IMG/VR virus record: IMGVR_UViG_3300037247_000358 | Location: 1-50,476 of that record | DNA from: a virus | Taxonomy: Duplodnaviria; Caudoviricetes | Direction: 5' to 3' (one strand) | DNA length: 50,476 nucleotides | Shown here: positions 18,838 to 28,088 of the stretch, piece by piece | How positions within the stretch are numbered: the stretch's first letter is position 1 | Layout: every line of letters starts with the position of its first letter | Made by a program: the position numbers and the translations under genes | Notes under the pieces: generated by a model | The model's database searches: none | What the model was told of the DNA's origin: nothing | What the model saw: only the letters and a program-made list of their open reading frames with translations

Positions 18838-20413
18838 GGCTGTAAATGGGAGCGAATTCTACAAAACTAGCATTCGCTCCGGCGTCGCCGCTCACTTCCC
18901 AGGTCAGGAAAACCCCGTTGACTTTGAATGCAATAACCTTTGACAACGCTCTACCAGTACCAGTACCAACGGCAACAGTTTGTGTCTCCGACTGCCCATC
19001 CTCATTCGTGACCTTGAGGTCAAAGGTCACTGGGCCGTTGTCAACCATCCCAAGGCGGAACTTTACAATGGTTTTCCTGTGCCGTCGGCTACCGAGTGTA
19101 AGCTCGCCACTTCGTATTAACCAATTGGACTCTGACACAGTACCAAAATCAAACAGCCCAAAGGTTCCGTCGTCAAAGCCGATTCCAAAGGAATCCAAGG
19201 GATTGTTACTTTGCAGCGTAGCTGGGGTCCACTGCTGGTCTTGAATAGTACCAATCAGGTCAAGAATGCGAACCAACTCTGCGGCAGAGAAATCACCCAT
19301 GGTCCTGATGATTCTATCAAAAGTAAATCTTGTCCAACTCTCCTCGTTAAAGTTGTAAACCCAGGTAGAGCCGTTTGGTATGTTAAGCCAGTAGGCCAAG
19401 AAATCATTGCCATCAATACCTGTGGTAATAAATCCCTTAACAAGGTTCAGATTAGCCAACAACAACTCAGCCATAATCCGTTTCTTTGCGCCAACACGCC
19501 CCCTGAATCCTTGCAGCGGAGCATCTCCAATGCCAATTGATTCACTGGCATTGAACATATAGATATTGTCTTTGCCAACATAGCAGGCTATTTGCTCGCC
19601 ATAAAAAGCCAGAGAATGCGGAGCAATGTTACCTTTGGCACGGGAAGTCAGCGGCCTGAAATCAAACGGTCGCAGCCCAAGACCTGTGGGAATGACCTGC
19701 GTGATGCCCCACTGCTGCATAATATAACCGTTTTGGTATAGTTTGCCCATTCCAGCAATGGGGCCAAGGTCGTTGAACAGGTCATTGACACCAGCATTAA
19801 AGCCGGTCCAATCTGTGGTATCACCTGCGGCTGTCCACCTAACACGCTGATGCTGTACACCAGAATCAACAAGGTTGCCAACAACTAGGTGTTTGTTCAA
19901 CTCCATCATAAACTTTGCTGGGACAGCATTAGCATCTGCATCCGCAAATGTTGCAGTGCTACCGTCCCACACCTGCACTTTGTCAACACCTTGACAAAAC
20001 AAAAGCTGATTAGCTACAACTGTCCAAGTGAACAGGTCATCCACACCACCAGTAAGACCTCCAGCCTTTGTAATTTCAGTCCAACCTGTTCCACTTCCAT
20101 CCCAACGGAATAGTCTATCTTCCCCGATTCGTACCTGAATACGAGTTCCATCAGAACGAAAGAAATCTGCGATGCCATTTGGTGGCTCTGTCGGGGTCGA
20201 GGGCAAGGCATTCAGAGTCGTATACCCGGGCCGTGTAGAAGCCCTGCCCTTGCGAAGAATCATGTTAAGGCATTCTTGAAACCCCTCTCGGCCAATCAAA
20301 TCTGAAGCGACTTCAGACTGGATACCACCGAAGGGCCCAAGCATCTGATACTCAGGGAGTTCATGGGAACGGAGTTCTCCCTCAAACTGACGAGTAAACT
20401 GGGAGGAGCCCAT
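18815..20413 (-). CDS. Tail nozzle/packaged-DNA stabilization protein (P22 gp10/T7 gp12-like beta-propeller)
   Basis: PFGGI...ECLNM......TRPG N-terminus, VRWT..GD.TDW, YNF....WT beta-rich repeats; size and position. Confidence 0.7.
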   Translation of the reverse strand: MGSSQFTRQFEGELRSHELPEYQMLGPFGGIQSEVASDLIGREGFQECLNMILRKGRASTRPGYTTLNALPSTPTEPPNGIADFFRSDGTRIQVRIGEDRLFRWDGSGTGWTEITKAGGLTGGVDDLFTWTVVANQLLFCQGVDKVQVWDGSTATFADADANAVPAKFMMELNKHLVVGNLVDSGVQHQRVRWTAAGDTTDWTGFNAGVNDLFNDLGPIAGMGKLYQNGYIMQQWGITQVIPTGLGLRPFDFRPLTSRAKGNIAPHSLAFYGEQIACYVGKDNIYMFNASESIGIGDAPLQGFRGRVGAKKRIMAELLLANLNLVKGFITTGIDGNDFLAYWLNIPNGSTWVYNFNEESWTRFTFDRIIRTMGDFSAAELVRILDLIGTIQDQQWTPATLQSNNPLDSFGIGFDDGTFGLFDFGTVSESNWLIRSGELTLGSRRHRKTIVKFRLGMVDNGPVTFDLKVTNEDGQSETQTVAVGTGTGRALSKVIAFKVNGVFLTWEVSGDAGANASFVEFAPIYSLAGEKRG

Positions 20414-21111
20414 TAACCTTTACTCACTGTGACCACCAACATATCAAACTCGATGGTCCCAGTACCACTGCCATTTTTGATTCCACTCTTGACGGTGATT
20501 GTGGAAGCAATGCTCTCTGTGGGTTCAGTGCCTGAAATCTTAACTGGGACGTTGAATCCAGCAGACCCTTGACCTATTGCTCTCTGGGAACTAGAGCCAA
20601 CGATGATAACATCCGCTGTCAACAGCCCACGAATAGTGTTCTGAAAAGCACCAGAATCACTATAGGCTAGTATCTCAGTAGCGCCAAATTCGAGAAGGGC
20701 TGTTGGAGGACCTCCCGCAGCAACGGTCATTTTGTAGCGGGCGACCACCCTAATATAACAACCAGTTACAAGGAAGTTACCAGGAATAGAGATTTGGTTG
20801 CCATCACCCGCAGTTATAGAACTCACAGTGACAAGCGAAGAATCAACAAAAGTCCTGTTAATTGACACTAGCGACCAGGCCGAGCCTGTCCACCGATACA
20901 ACTTCCCCTCATCCTCCGCAAAGAACAAAGCTCCAATGTTGGCGTTGCCAAAATCCGCCTCAGGTGTCTCACGGTTGGCAATCTTACCTGCGCCGAAGGC
21001 TCCGATGCGCTCTGCGGTGTCCTCCTTGTCCCGACGAATGTTTTGGCCCAGCAGATTGGCAGCTTGAGTATCTGCTGGAATGTTATTGTCCCAGGGTCTC
21101 GTAAAGGCCAT
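20413..21111 (-). CDS. Probable short tail fibre/virion protein (start moved to MAFTRPW)
   Basis: GGGAG RBS; GALFFAEDEGKLYRWTGSAW fibre-type motif. Confidence 0.6.
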   Translation of the reverse strand: MAFTRPWDNNIPADTQAANLLGQNIRRDKEDTAERIGAFGAGKIANRETPEADFGNANIGALFFAEDEGKLYRWTGSAWSLVSINRTFVDSSLVTVSSITAGDGNQISIPGNFLVTGCYIRVVARYKMTVAAGGPPTALLEFGATEILAYSDSGAFQNTIRGLLTADVIIVGSSSQRAIGQGSAGFNVPVKISGTEPTESIASTITVKSGIKNGSGTGTIEFDMLVVTVSKG

Positions 21112-21112
21112 G

Positions 21113-21520
21113 CTAGATAACTCCCTGCTCTGTCTTAAAATTACGAATTGGCAACTCAAAATGGCCCATATCCCGTTTCCGCCACTGCCCACCCCACCTC
21201 AAACCCAGGGCCTCGCCTATTTTGCCAAGACGTTGCCAGACAGGGTCTTTAGCGTCAAAATTCAGCTTGTCAGGGCCGTGTAGGTCATATTGCTGATACG
21301 GCGCTACGTCAATGGCAAGAGCCTTGCCAAAGGGATGCTGCGGCAAATGTCGTGAGTTCTTAGTCCAACTCCGTCCTGCCTTCAACAACTTCGTTTGCTC
21401 CGCAAGGGTACGGCCTGTAAATATAATAACCAATGGAATCCGTGCCTCCGCACAGCGGGCGAGAAATTCGACCGCTATCGGACGGAACCGTGGGTCTAGG
21501 TCATTGAGTTTTTTGCTCAT
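21113..21520 (-). CDS. Endolysin, peptidase M15 family (L-Ala-D-Glu peptidase-like)
   Basis: GRTLAEQ..L, SRH, A.AIDV, WGGQW..RDMGHFEL. Confidence 0.88.
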   Translation of the reverse strand: MSKKLNDLDPRFRPIAVEFLARCAEARIPLVIIFTGRTLAEQTKLLKAGRSWTKNSRHLPQHPFGKALAIDVAPYQQYDLHGPDKLNFDAKDPVWQRLGKIGEALGLRWGGQWRKRDMGHFELPIRNFKTEQGVI

Positions 21521-21947
21521 AGCGTCGCCAGAGCAAGAACAAGATTAGAAAACCCAACCCAGCTAACAGCACAGTAATTATCCGCAGGTTGCTGGGCGGG
21601 GCAGGCACAGTCAGGTCAACATTGACCTCGTTTGACGGGCCACTTTCGATGGAGAAACGCTCAGCAGTCGCGGTGTAGAAATAGTTTTTGCCCACTGGCA
21701 CAGCAGTATCCGTAAAGGTGAGTACCAAAATTGGGCTTGAGTTAAGTTTGGCGCAGCTCGCGTCTGGTGGCACACTCGTACAACCACCCACCACTTCTGA
21801 GCGGTAGGCATTGTAGGTAACACCTACCGAAGGCGAAGCGTCCCAAGCGAGTTCGACCTTTCTTGTCGCTTGAGCATTTACATCACTGCCAACAGAAACT
21901 ATCAAAGTCACAGCCAGTCCAGCAATCAGTAGCCAACGCCGTTTCAT
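21501..21947 (-). CDS. Exported fibronectin type III domain protein with C-terminal membrane anchor
   Basis: Signal peptide ending VNA; VELAWDAS...YNAYRS...FTDT.V..G..YFY...A....ESGPSNEV; TM IITVLLAGLGFLILFLLW-RR. Confidence 0.8.
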   Translation of the reverse strand: MKRRWLLIAGLAVTLIVSVGSDVNAQATRKVELAWDASPSVGVTYNAYRSEVVGGCTSVPPDASCAKLNSSPILVLTFTDTAVPVGKNYFYTATAERFSIESGPSNEVNVDLTVPAPPSNLRIITVLLAGLGFLILFLLWRRYEQKTQ

Positions 21948-22020
21948 TTCAGTTTCTCCATTTACTCAGCGTCCAGAACCAACTCCCAAGAATTAGACAA
22001 AGCAGATGAACTGACATCTC

Positions 22021-22776
22021 CTAGTTATCTCGTAACACAAAATTCCATCCAGCAGAAGCTATGACACCACCAGCTGCACTTTTTGCCTGTATCACAACAT
22101 CGCTTTTCTCTGCTACCAACAGTGTGTTTTCAAAGTCGTGCTGAGCATCACTTTGGAATATACCAAAATTGAATTTAGTCTGGAAAACCTCTCCCAGTAC
22201 CCGCACTCGTAACCGGAACGAAGCATCATCATTCTTTCCCACATCGCCGAACATTTTCCCTATAATCATGGTCTTTCCGGCTGGTACGGTGTAGTGGGTC
22301 TGAAGGGTTTGGTTGACGGCAATCTCTATCTGACCAATTACGTTTGCACCAGCGTCTTTGGCTATGATGACTCCTGCATTCCCTCCTCCACTACCTGCGG
22401 TAACAACAAACATACGATTAAGGCGCAGGAAAGTGGCTGTGGTATCCACAGGGTTAGTGCCATCCATAGTTACAGTTTCTTCTACTGGATTGTAGTCACC
22501 ATCCAAGCCAATCAGTCGAACGGTGAGGGCACCCGCCATTCCAGCATCGTCGGTTGCTCCGCCTTCTACCGCTAGGGTTTCGGCAGAAGATAGATAAGTT
22601 TTCGCACCACTGTTCGTCCAAACATCTTCATAGCTCGTGCCTACACCAGAGTTCATCCCAAATTTGTTGTCGGCGCTGTAACGGCTACGAAGCCCTGTGG
22701 CTACTGGCCAAGGGGTTTGAGCGGTGAGAAAAACTACTGAGATTATAAGGACTGCAATCAAGCTAATGCGTTTCAT
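22021..22776 (-). CDS. Beta-rich virion-type protein with signal peptide
   Basis: MKRISLIAVLIISVVFLTA; KFG.N..V....EDVW, GA.TV...GLD..Y....E pattern. Confidence 0.65.
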   Translation of the reverse strand: MKRISLIAVLIISVVFLTAQTPWPVATGLRSRYSADNKFGMNSGVGTSYEDVWTNSGAKTYLSSAETLAVEGGATDDAGMAGALTVRLIGLDGDYNPVEETVTMDGTNPVDTTATFLRLNRMFVVTAGSGGGNAGVIIAKDAGANVIGQIEIAVNQTLQTHYTVPAGKTMIIGKMFGDVGKNDDASFRLRVRVLGEVFQTKFNFGIFQSDAQHDFENTLLVAEKSDVVIQAKSAAGGVIASAGWNFVLRDN

Positions 22777-22782
22777 CTTCCC

Positions 22783-23778
22783 TCACTGGATGTACGAGGC
22801 ACCAACCGAGTAGGTCGCTTCATCAGCATCAGCCACCGCTATTCGAAGCACCCAAGTACGAGGCAACGCGATAGACACAGCTTCGGTGCCATTGAAATCA
22901 GCGGCCAGGACACCCGGATAAATCAGATAAATGTCCGTTCCTACTGCCGTGGCCGCAGCCGCAGCTGTCCAAATAGTTACGTCTTTCCCCGATACTGGGT
23001 CTTTCATCAAGATGCTGGGAGTAAGGCCCACGCTGGCCGCATCAACCGTGATGTCCAGAATTATCATTACACCCCTAGCGTTGTAGTTTACTTGGTCGGT
23101 GGAATCAGTTTGGGCAGTGCGGGCAGCGGAGGCAAGTAGGGTTACTTCTTCGTTGTTACGCTCGCGGTCCCAAAGAGTACCGTTAAAAAGAAACCCGGCG
23201 ACAGCTAATTTTCGTGAAGCTGTAGAAGAGATAAAAGGCTGAGCTATACTGTTAGTGTCACCGTCGCTGCCGGTGATAGTCTGTCCAAAGACGAGTACTC
23301 CCTCGTTAGTTGTGAGCAGAGTCTGCGCGTTGGTGCCATCTGAACCAGCAACTAGAACTGGGCTACCCGCTACTGCTGCTCCATCCGCTGCTGCGCCTGT
23401 GGTGGGTGATTCAGAGATATACCCCAACAAGGTAGCGTTGACCGTTCCACCGGTAAGCACGGTAACGTTTAGCCGAACATAGAGTGGGTGCCCGGTTGTA
23501 AACACCGATATTCCACTGGAGGTGCAGGTCTGCCCTGCTATCAAATCCGACCAGGAGGAGTTATCCTCTGACTGTTCTAGCTTCACCGTACAGGTCGCAG
23601 GAGTGGAGACTGCGACCCAACGTATTCTCCACTCGCTTGCTCCTGTACTTCGGACTAGAACTGAGGTTCCAGTCGTGACAGAGGAAAAAGCTATCTGCTG
23701 AAGCACAACAGGGTTATCCGCCCTTAAGGGGAGGGCAAGAACCAACCCTAGAAGTAACGTCGAGAGAAACTTACGCAT
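22783..23778 (-). CDS. Beta-rich virion-type protein with signal peptide
   Basis: MRKFLSTLLLGLVLALPLRA-D; FNGTLWDRER, LLASAARTA. Confidence 0.65.
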   Translation of the reverse strand: MRKFLSTLLLGLVLALPLRADNPVVLQQIAFSSVTTGTSVLVRSTGASEWRIRWVAVSTPATCTVKLEQSEDNSSWSDLIAGQTCTSSGISVFTTGHPLYVRLNVTVLTGGTVNATLLGYISESPTTGAAADGAAVAGSPVLVAGSDGTNAQTLLTTNEGVLVFGQTITGSDGDTNSIAQPFISSTASRKLAVAGFLFNGTLWDRERNNEEVTLLASAARTAQTDSTDQVNYNARGVMIILDITVDAASVGLTPSILMKDPVSGKDVTIWTAAAAATAVGTDIYLIYPGVLAADFNGTEAVSIALPRTWVLRIAVADADEATYSVGASYIQ

Positions 23779-23789
23779 ACCAATCCTCC

Positions 23790-24068
23790 TTAATCTGTAG
23801 CAATCAAAACCCGACCTGAGTCAATAGTGTCAACAATCAACCCTGGTATCCAAAGTGGCCTTGCAAAGGCTGTTTCTACCGGACTGAACTCTGAGTTACC
23901 TTTTCCTGACCACACGATATTGCCGTTTGCATCTTTGACTATGGCTGTATGTGCCGCGGCGGAGTATTCTACAAAGGCAATTGAGGTTACCTTGATACGG
24001 CCTGTGTAGATAACGTCAGCTGCGGCGGTGTCGATAGACCAAACACGTCCGCTAATATCATTTGCCAC
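23790..24068 (-). CDS. Small virion protein (start moved to GTG, MANDISG)
   Basis: GGGAGGG RBS before GTG 24068. Confidence 0.6.
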   Translation of the reverse strand: MANDISGRVWSIDTAAADVIYTGRIKVTSIAFVEYSAAAHTAIVKDANGNIVWSGKGNSEFSPVETAFARPLWIPGLIVDTIDSGRVLIATD

Positions 24069-24270
24069 GAAGCCCTCCCCAGCGCCTTTTGCTTTTTTGA
24101 GGGATACGACCCTCAAGATGTTTCATTTTCATGTCGTTGGTGAAAACATCCCACATAACATCCATTTTGGTCTTAACTTCACCAATCCAAACACTCAGAC
24201 GGATAAGCTGTACTACACCGCCTATGATTGCTGCCAATTCCACAACCTCAACAGCATCTCGAATGTTCAA
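24058..24270 (-). CDS. Single-TM protein, holin/antiholin-like
   Basis: Hydrophobic LAAIIGGVVQLIRLSVWIG followed by a basic tail. Confidence 0.45.
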   Translation of the reverse strand: MNIRDAVEVVELAAIIGGVVQLIRLSVWIGEVKTKMDVMWDVFTNDMKMKHLEGRIPQKSKRRWGGLRGK

Positions 24271-24293
24271 TGAAACCTCCGCTGGAACCTCCG

Positions 24294-24479
24294 CTACTGG
24301 GTTATGAATTTAAGAAGCTGCTGTGCAGCCTCCGTGTTTTCGTTAAGGGCGAGAACTACCTCCTCCAAATGTTCATCAAGTTTGTAGAGAATCCAAAAAA
24401 TGCCAAGAGTACCCAAAGACACAGTTCCATCCTTGGCCATTCCTGTATTCTCTTTGTTCAGACTTGGCAGGGCCATCAT
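24294..24479 (-). CDS. Single-TM protein with short coiled coil
   Basis: VSLGTLGIFWILY then acidic heptads. Confidence 0.45.
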   Translation of the reverse strand: MMALPSLNKENTGMAKDGTVSLGTLGIFWILYKLDEHLEEVVLALNENTEAAQQLLKFITQ

Positions 24480-24486
24480 TGATTTG

Positions 24487-24756
24487 TCACCTTCTCACAG
24501 GCCGCGCAACTTGTAATCCCCTGGCCGCACAATCCACCGAGGCACGTTGGGCCTGTTCTGTCGTTCCCAACTTATGTGCCCCATCACCATAATCGTTTTG
24601 GTAAAAGCCAGAACCCCGAAAGTCGAAGCAGCCCGTTGAAACCAGCTTCACCATTGGCTCTCCGCAGCAAGGTGGAGGAGGTTGCTTGTCAACGTAAACC
24701 TCATAACGCTCAACAACCTTCCTGCACCCTTTGCAGCCATACTCGTAGAGTGGCAT
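24487..24756 (-). CDS. FmdB-family zinc-ribbon protein
   Basis: MPLYEYGCKGC...CCGEPMVKLVS...F.FRGSGFY.NDY. Confidence 0.85.
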   Translation of the reverse strand: MPLYEYGCKGCRKVVERYEVYVDKQPPPPCCGEPMVKLVSTGCFDFRGSGFYQNDYGDGAHKLGTTEQAQRASVDCAARGLQVARPVRR

Positions 24757-25028
24757 TACGGGAATACCTTTATCTCAACGCGCCATTCCGGCTCATGAAC
24801 CAGCGCGCTACCAGGGTCGTCAGGGGGTGAAGGAGGCACCGCCGCAACCTCCCTCACTTCAAGGATTACATCTTGTACCTTGTACCGCGTCGTAACACCC
24901 GTTTCCACGTCAAGGTAGTCAACAAGTGTACCCTTAACAGGCAAGTAAGCTAGGCCCGACACGAACAGGAATGTATCTGGAATGACGTAGAAATAACATT
25001 CCCGTGTAGAGAACTGCTTACCAGACAT
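24756..25028 (-). CDS. Hypothetical protein (90 aa)
   Basis: RBS; coupled to the FmdB gene. Confidence 0.6.
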   Translation of the reverse strand: MSGKQFSTRECYFYVIPDTFLFVSGLAYLPVKGTLVDYLDVETGVTTRYKVQDVILEVREVAAVPPSPPDDPGSALVHEPEWRVEIKVFP

Positions 25029-25039
25029 CCCTCTTCCAC

Positions 25040-26017
25040 CTACGCGACTGGGACTGCAATTGAGAGGCCGTTGTCTCCGACCTCAGCTTCGGCGTCATCC
25101 TCACAGAAGTTGCCGTTCCAATTGTCGCTGGTTCCAGCAACATAGACGGCGGTACTGTAATCGCCACCCATGTAATTCCCGGTAACTACGTTGTTACTCC
25201 CACCACTCAAGCTGAGATGTTTCGTAACCGCGTTCTCGCCATTCGGCCCGAAAGTGCAGCCTTGGACATAACTACCCTTTAGGGCAGCCACGATGCCGTT
25301 TTTGCAATCTCGAAACCAACAGCCCAGGATGTGACCCTGTGGGAAGGTAAAACCACCAGGTTCGTCGGTAACAGCAGCCAAACCTGCTGTTGGGAATAGT
25401 TGGAACTCACAGCTGACAATCCGGAAGTTCCCGACTGCCTTGAGGGATATACCATCACAGCCAGCTACTGCGCCATAGATTACGCAGTGGTCTACCGTAA
25501 GGCCCGGTGCCCAGTTGTTACTGCCGGTTGAAGAGGCCGCCGCCATTTCGGCTCGTAGGCAGATAGGAGCACCGACGTCCGCAACGATGCGGAAACCACT
25601 AACCCGCCAGCCCTGTGAGCGGATGAATAGAGTGTGTTCAGTGCCCGGTTGGTTGAAGAGTTGTGGGTTGTCGTAAGGTAGCGGCCGAGTGGGGCTCGCA
25701 CCAATCAGATTGCAAAATCGCCCCCGCCCTGCGACTGGTACAGTGACAGCGGTCATACTACCCAAACTCTGCCCAGTAGTCATCTTTTCGTTGTAGCTAC
25801 TCGGCATGACGATGATGGAATCGAAGTCTTTGACAGTATCCAAGGCTTTCTGAACCGTAGCGAAGGCCCGGTCGAGTGAAAGCCCAGTCCTACCATCGTT
25901 ACCATTGATTTTATCCACGAAGTAAACCTGGTTGAAGGCTATCAGACCCATACCATCTGCACCAGGGAGTACAGGTACTCCAGCACTTACAAGCCCACTA
26001 AAATGTGACAATGCCAT
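25040..26017 (-). CDS. Right-handed beta-helix virion protein (probable head fibre/decoration)
   Basis: YFVDKINGNDGRTGLSLDRAFATVQKALD followed by parallel beta-helix repeats; near the capsid gene. Confidence 0.7.
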   Translation of the reverse strand: MALSHFSGLVSAGVPVLPGADGMGLIAFNQVYFVDKINGNDGRTGLSLDRAFATVQKALDTVKDFDSIIVMPSSYNEKMTTGQSLGSMTAVTVPVAGRGRFCNLIGASPTRPLPYDNPQLFNQPGTEHTLFIRSQGWRVSGFRIVADVGAPICLRAEMAAASSTGSNNWAPGLTVDHCVIYGAVAGCDGISLKAVGNFRIVSCEFQLFPTAGLAAVTDEPGGFTFPQGHILGCWFRDCKNGIVAALKGSYVQGCTFGPNGENAVTKHLSLSGGSNNVVTGNYMGGDYSTAVYVAGTSDNWNGNFCEDDAEAEVGDNGLSIAVPVA

Positions 26018-26042
26018 CTCTTTTCTCCTTTTTACAAAACTC

Positions 26043-26195
26043 GGTGCCGTGCTACTAGGCTCAAAACAACCACCCTATCTACCAGCCGCAAAGTGGTAGT
26101 ATGGGACGAGACAACTGAGGGCGTCAGCATGACAGGCAGCACGCTGAACATTCCACCTCGCTCCCGCTCCGACCACGGAGTTGCAGCACGGCACC
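26043..26195 (-). ncRNA. Candidate structured RNA, multi-stem junction
   Basis: 13-bp closing stem plus four internal stems; G-U pairs work on the - strand. Confidence 0.55.
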
Positions 26196-26204
26196 AAAAG
26201 CATA

Positions 26205-26459
26205 CTACAACTCCCTGTTGTCCTCTTCATCTCGTTTCAGAATGTCAAGCGGCTGCATTTCTGTCTCTTGACCGAACTCCAAAATGTCTGCGATAATGCG
26301 CTCCCGCTCGAACATAATGGGATTGTCATAACATTCGTGGTCAATACACAGCAGCAACCCCTGTTGCTTGACAAGCAGGGATATAGGGTGGTCCAATCCA
26401 CATCTGTCGCAACGGGCCCAGGGAATGCCCTGGATACCACTGCCACCCTGTTTTGGCAT
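26205..26459 (-). CDS. Small Zn-binding protein (CDRC...C-x3-C)
   Basis: GAGG RBS; directly downstream of the capsid gene. Confidence 0.7.
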   Translation of the reverse strand: MPKQGGSGIQGIPWARCDRCGLDHPISLLVKQQGLLLCIDHECYDNPIMFERERIIADILEFGQETEMQPLDILKRDEEDNREL

Positions 26460-26461
26460 AA

Positions 26462-26478
26462 TGTTTACCTCGTAAACA
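26462..26478. promoter_or_regulatory. TGTTTA-N5-TAAACA palindrome, site 3 (parS-like)
   Basis: TGTTTACCTCGTAAACA followed by GTTAGCCAA, as at site 4; overlaps an RBS. Confidence 0.75.
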
Positions 26479-26511
26479 GTTAGCCAACGTCAGTTCTAGT
26501 TACCAACTGCT

Positions 26512-27465
26512 TTAAGGCCCGTTGGAACCCCAGGTTCCCAGCCAGGAAGTAGCACCTGAACTAAACCGCATGAACGAAATTTGCTTGATGCTCCGGGTGT
26601 CGAAATCATCAGCAAAGTCCTCGTCCAGCGCCTTACGGGTAAAGTGCTTCAGTTGGTGGGACTCCTTATCACAGACCATGAACCAGGCAGACTGACTTGT
26701 GAAGTAGTGGCAGATAAAGTAATTCAAATCCTCTTTGATGAGGGCATTGATTTCGTTATCAGCCGTGAAGGGCCTATGTGGCGAGCCCAAAATCTCTCGC
26801 GCAATCCACTTCAACTCAGGTGGAATGACAAGGTACTTTGGCTTCAAAACCACCGGCAGCCCTTGGCTGTCAATCAACCGCTCAAACTGGTTAATTGAAA
26901 GCTGGATGGAGGTGAAACTCAGGTCAACATCCGTCGCAGGGCGGTTGGGGTAAGTACCAACCGCACCAATGACGTTAGTCAGGCCCGGGCCGACGCTAGT
27001 CGCCGTTGTACCCCCTAGCAATGGGTGTTGGTTGTTGAAGAGACTCACACCATCGGTGGTTGTGACAGTGGTAAAGCCGAGGTTAAAGATGTTCCATGTC
27101 TGCTGTTCCTTCGTGAAATGCGCGGAACGAGCCAGTGCCTTTGGCACCTGCATGATGATGTTGTACTGGTCATCTTCATACAACTCCCACGAGGTGCGAA
27201 CACCAAGAGCATAGGTAGTATGCAAATACCGCTTGGTACCACCCTGGATAGCATCTTGGTAGGTCACCGACTCCGCTTCGGGTTTTTCTGGCATCGGGCC
27301 CAGGCCGGAAAACTCCACTTCATCTTCGTATGCCTTGTCACTGTCAGGCATATTGAAGATGTGAGAGTATTCCTCATCACGCTGGAGCAAATCCAGCCAG
27401 TGTACGAAGTTGTGATGGAGGCCAGGGGCCATCAACTGCGCGAACTGCCCACGTACCATTGTCAT
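26512..27465 (-). CDS. Major capsid protein (HK97 fold, Mu gpT-like family)
   Basis: SDKAYE......GLG.M.EK.E...V.Y, Y.H.TYALG...S.E..EDD.Y, DGVSLF...HP, PK.L..PPEL...A..IL.S. Confidence 0.9.
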   Translation of the reverse strand: MTMVRGQFAQLMAPGLHHNFVHWLDLLQRDEEYSHIFNMPDSDKAYEDEVEFSGLGPMPEKPEAESVTYQDAIQGGTKRYLHTTYALGVRTSWELYEDDQYNIIMQVPKALARSAHFTKEQQTWNIFNLGFTTVTTTDGVSLFNNQHPLLGGTTATSVGPGLTNVIGAVGTYPNRPATDVDLSFTSIQLSINQFERLIDSQGLPVVLKPKYLVIPPELKWIAREILGSPHRPFTADNEINALIKEDLNYFICHYFTSQSAWFMVCDKESHQLKHFTRKALDEDFADDFDTRSIKQISFMRFSSGATSWLGTWGSNGP

Positions 27466-27496
27466 CGGTTACATTTCTCCTTTTGAACAAACAAAA

Positions 27497-28063
27497 CTAC
27501 GCCACCATCTGGGCAGCGGCTTCAAGAACCGTGAAAAACACCCCACGTGCATCGTCAGGATGCAATCCAACGATGGTGACCACAATCTGGTTTGCGCCGG
27601 TGGCCGTCCGGTCAACATACCAACTGCCATCGGTGTCACGGGTTAGGCCAAAGGTCTTGCCTATATCAGCAATGACCGGTGTTTGGGCTGGACCAACCTG
27701 GCCAGAGAAAACCGTGTCAGCAGCAGCCATTTCCACCCCGATACGCCCATCTACGAGGGGAGCGCCGCGTGGAATGTTAATGGCTAAAGTCTGGTGTTGA
27801 ACACTGCCGAAGCTGAGTTCAACACCGACACCAACTGTAACTAGGTTGTTCCCAGGCTCCTTGTTGAACCCCGCCAAGGCACGGGTGTTGTCACCAGCAC
27901 CGTTGTCATCCAGTGTAAGGGCCTCCTCAAGACCGCCGTCAGCGGAGGCAAGGAAAACTGGCACTCCACGGAGGAAAGTCTCACCCACACCTTCAGTAAG
28001 GCGCCGCATGACGGGTTGATTACCGCTAACCGTACGAGTTGCGAAAATTACTGCACTTGCCAC
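27497..28063 (-). CDS. Capsid cement/decoration protein
   Basis: Directly upstream of the capsid gene; beta-rich, 188 aa. Confidence 0.6.
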   Translation of the reverse strand: MASAVIFATRTVSGNQPVMRRLTEGVGETFLRGVPVFLASADGGLEEALTLDDNGAGDNTRALAGFNKEPGNNLVTVGVGVELSFGSVQHQTLAINIPRGAPLVDGRIGVEMAAADTVFSGQVGPAQTPVIADIGKTFGLTRDTDGSWYVDRTATGANQIVVTIVGLHPDDARGVFFTVLEAAAQMVA

Positions 28064-28088
28064 AGTGGCCTCCTAAATCCGAATTTTA

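Noticed and set aside
26036-26053. GGCACCGAGUUUU resemblance to a tracrRNA 3' end
   Set aside because: Short chance match that forms part of the closing stem; no anti-repeat or Cas9.
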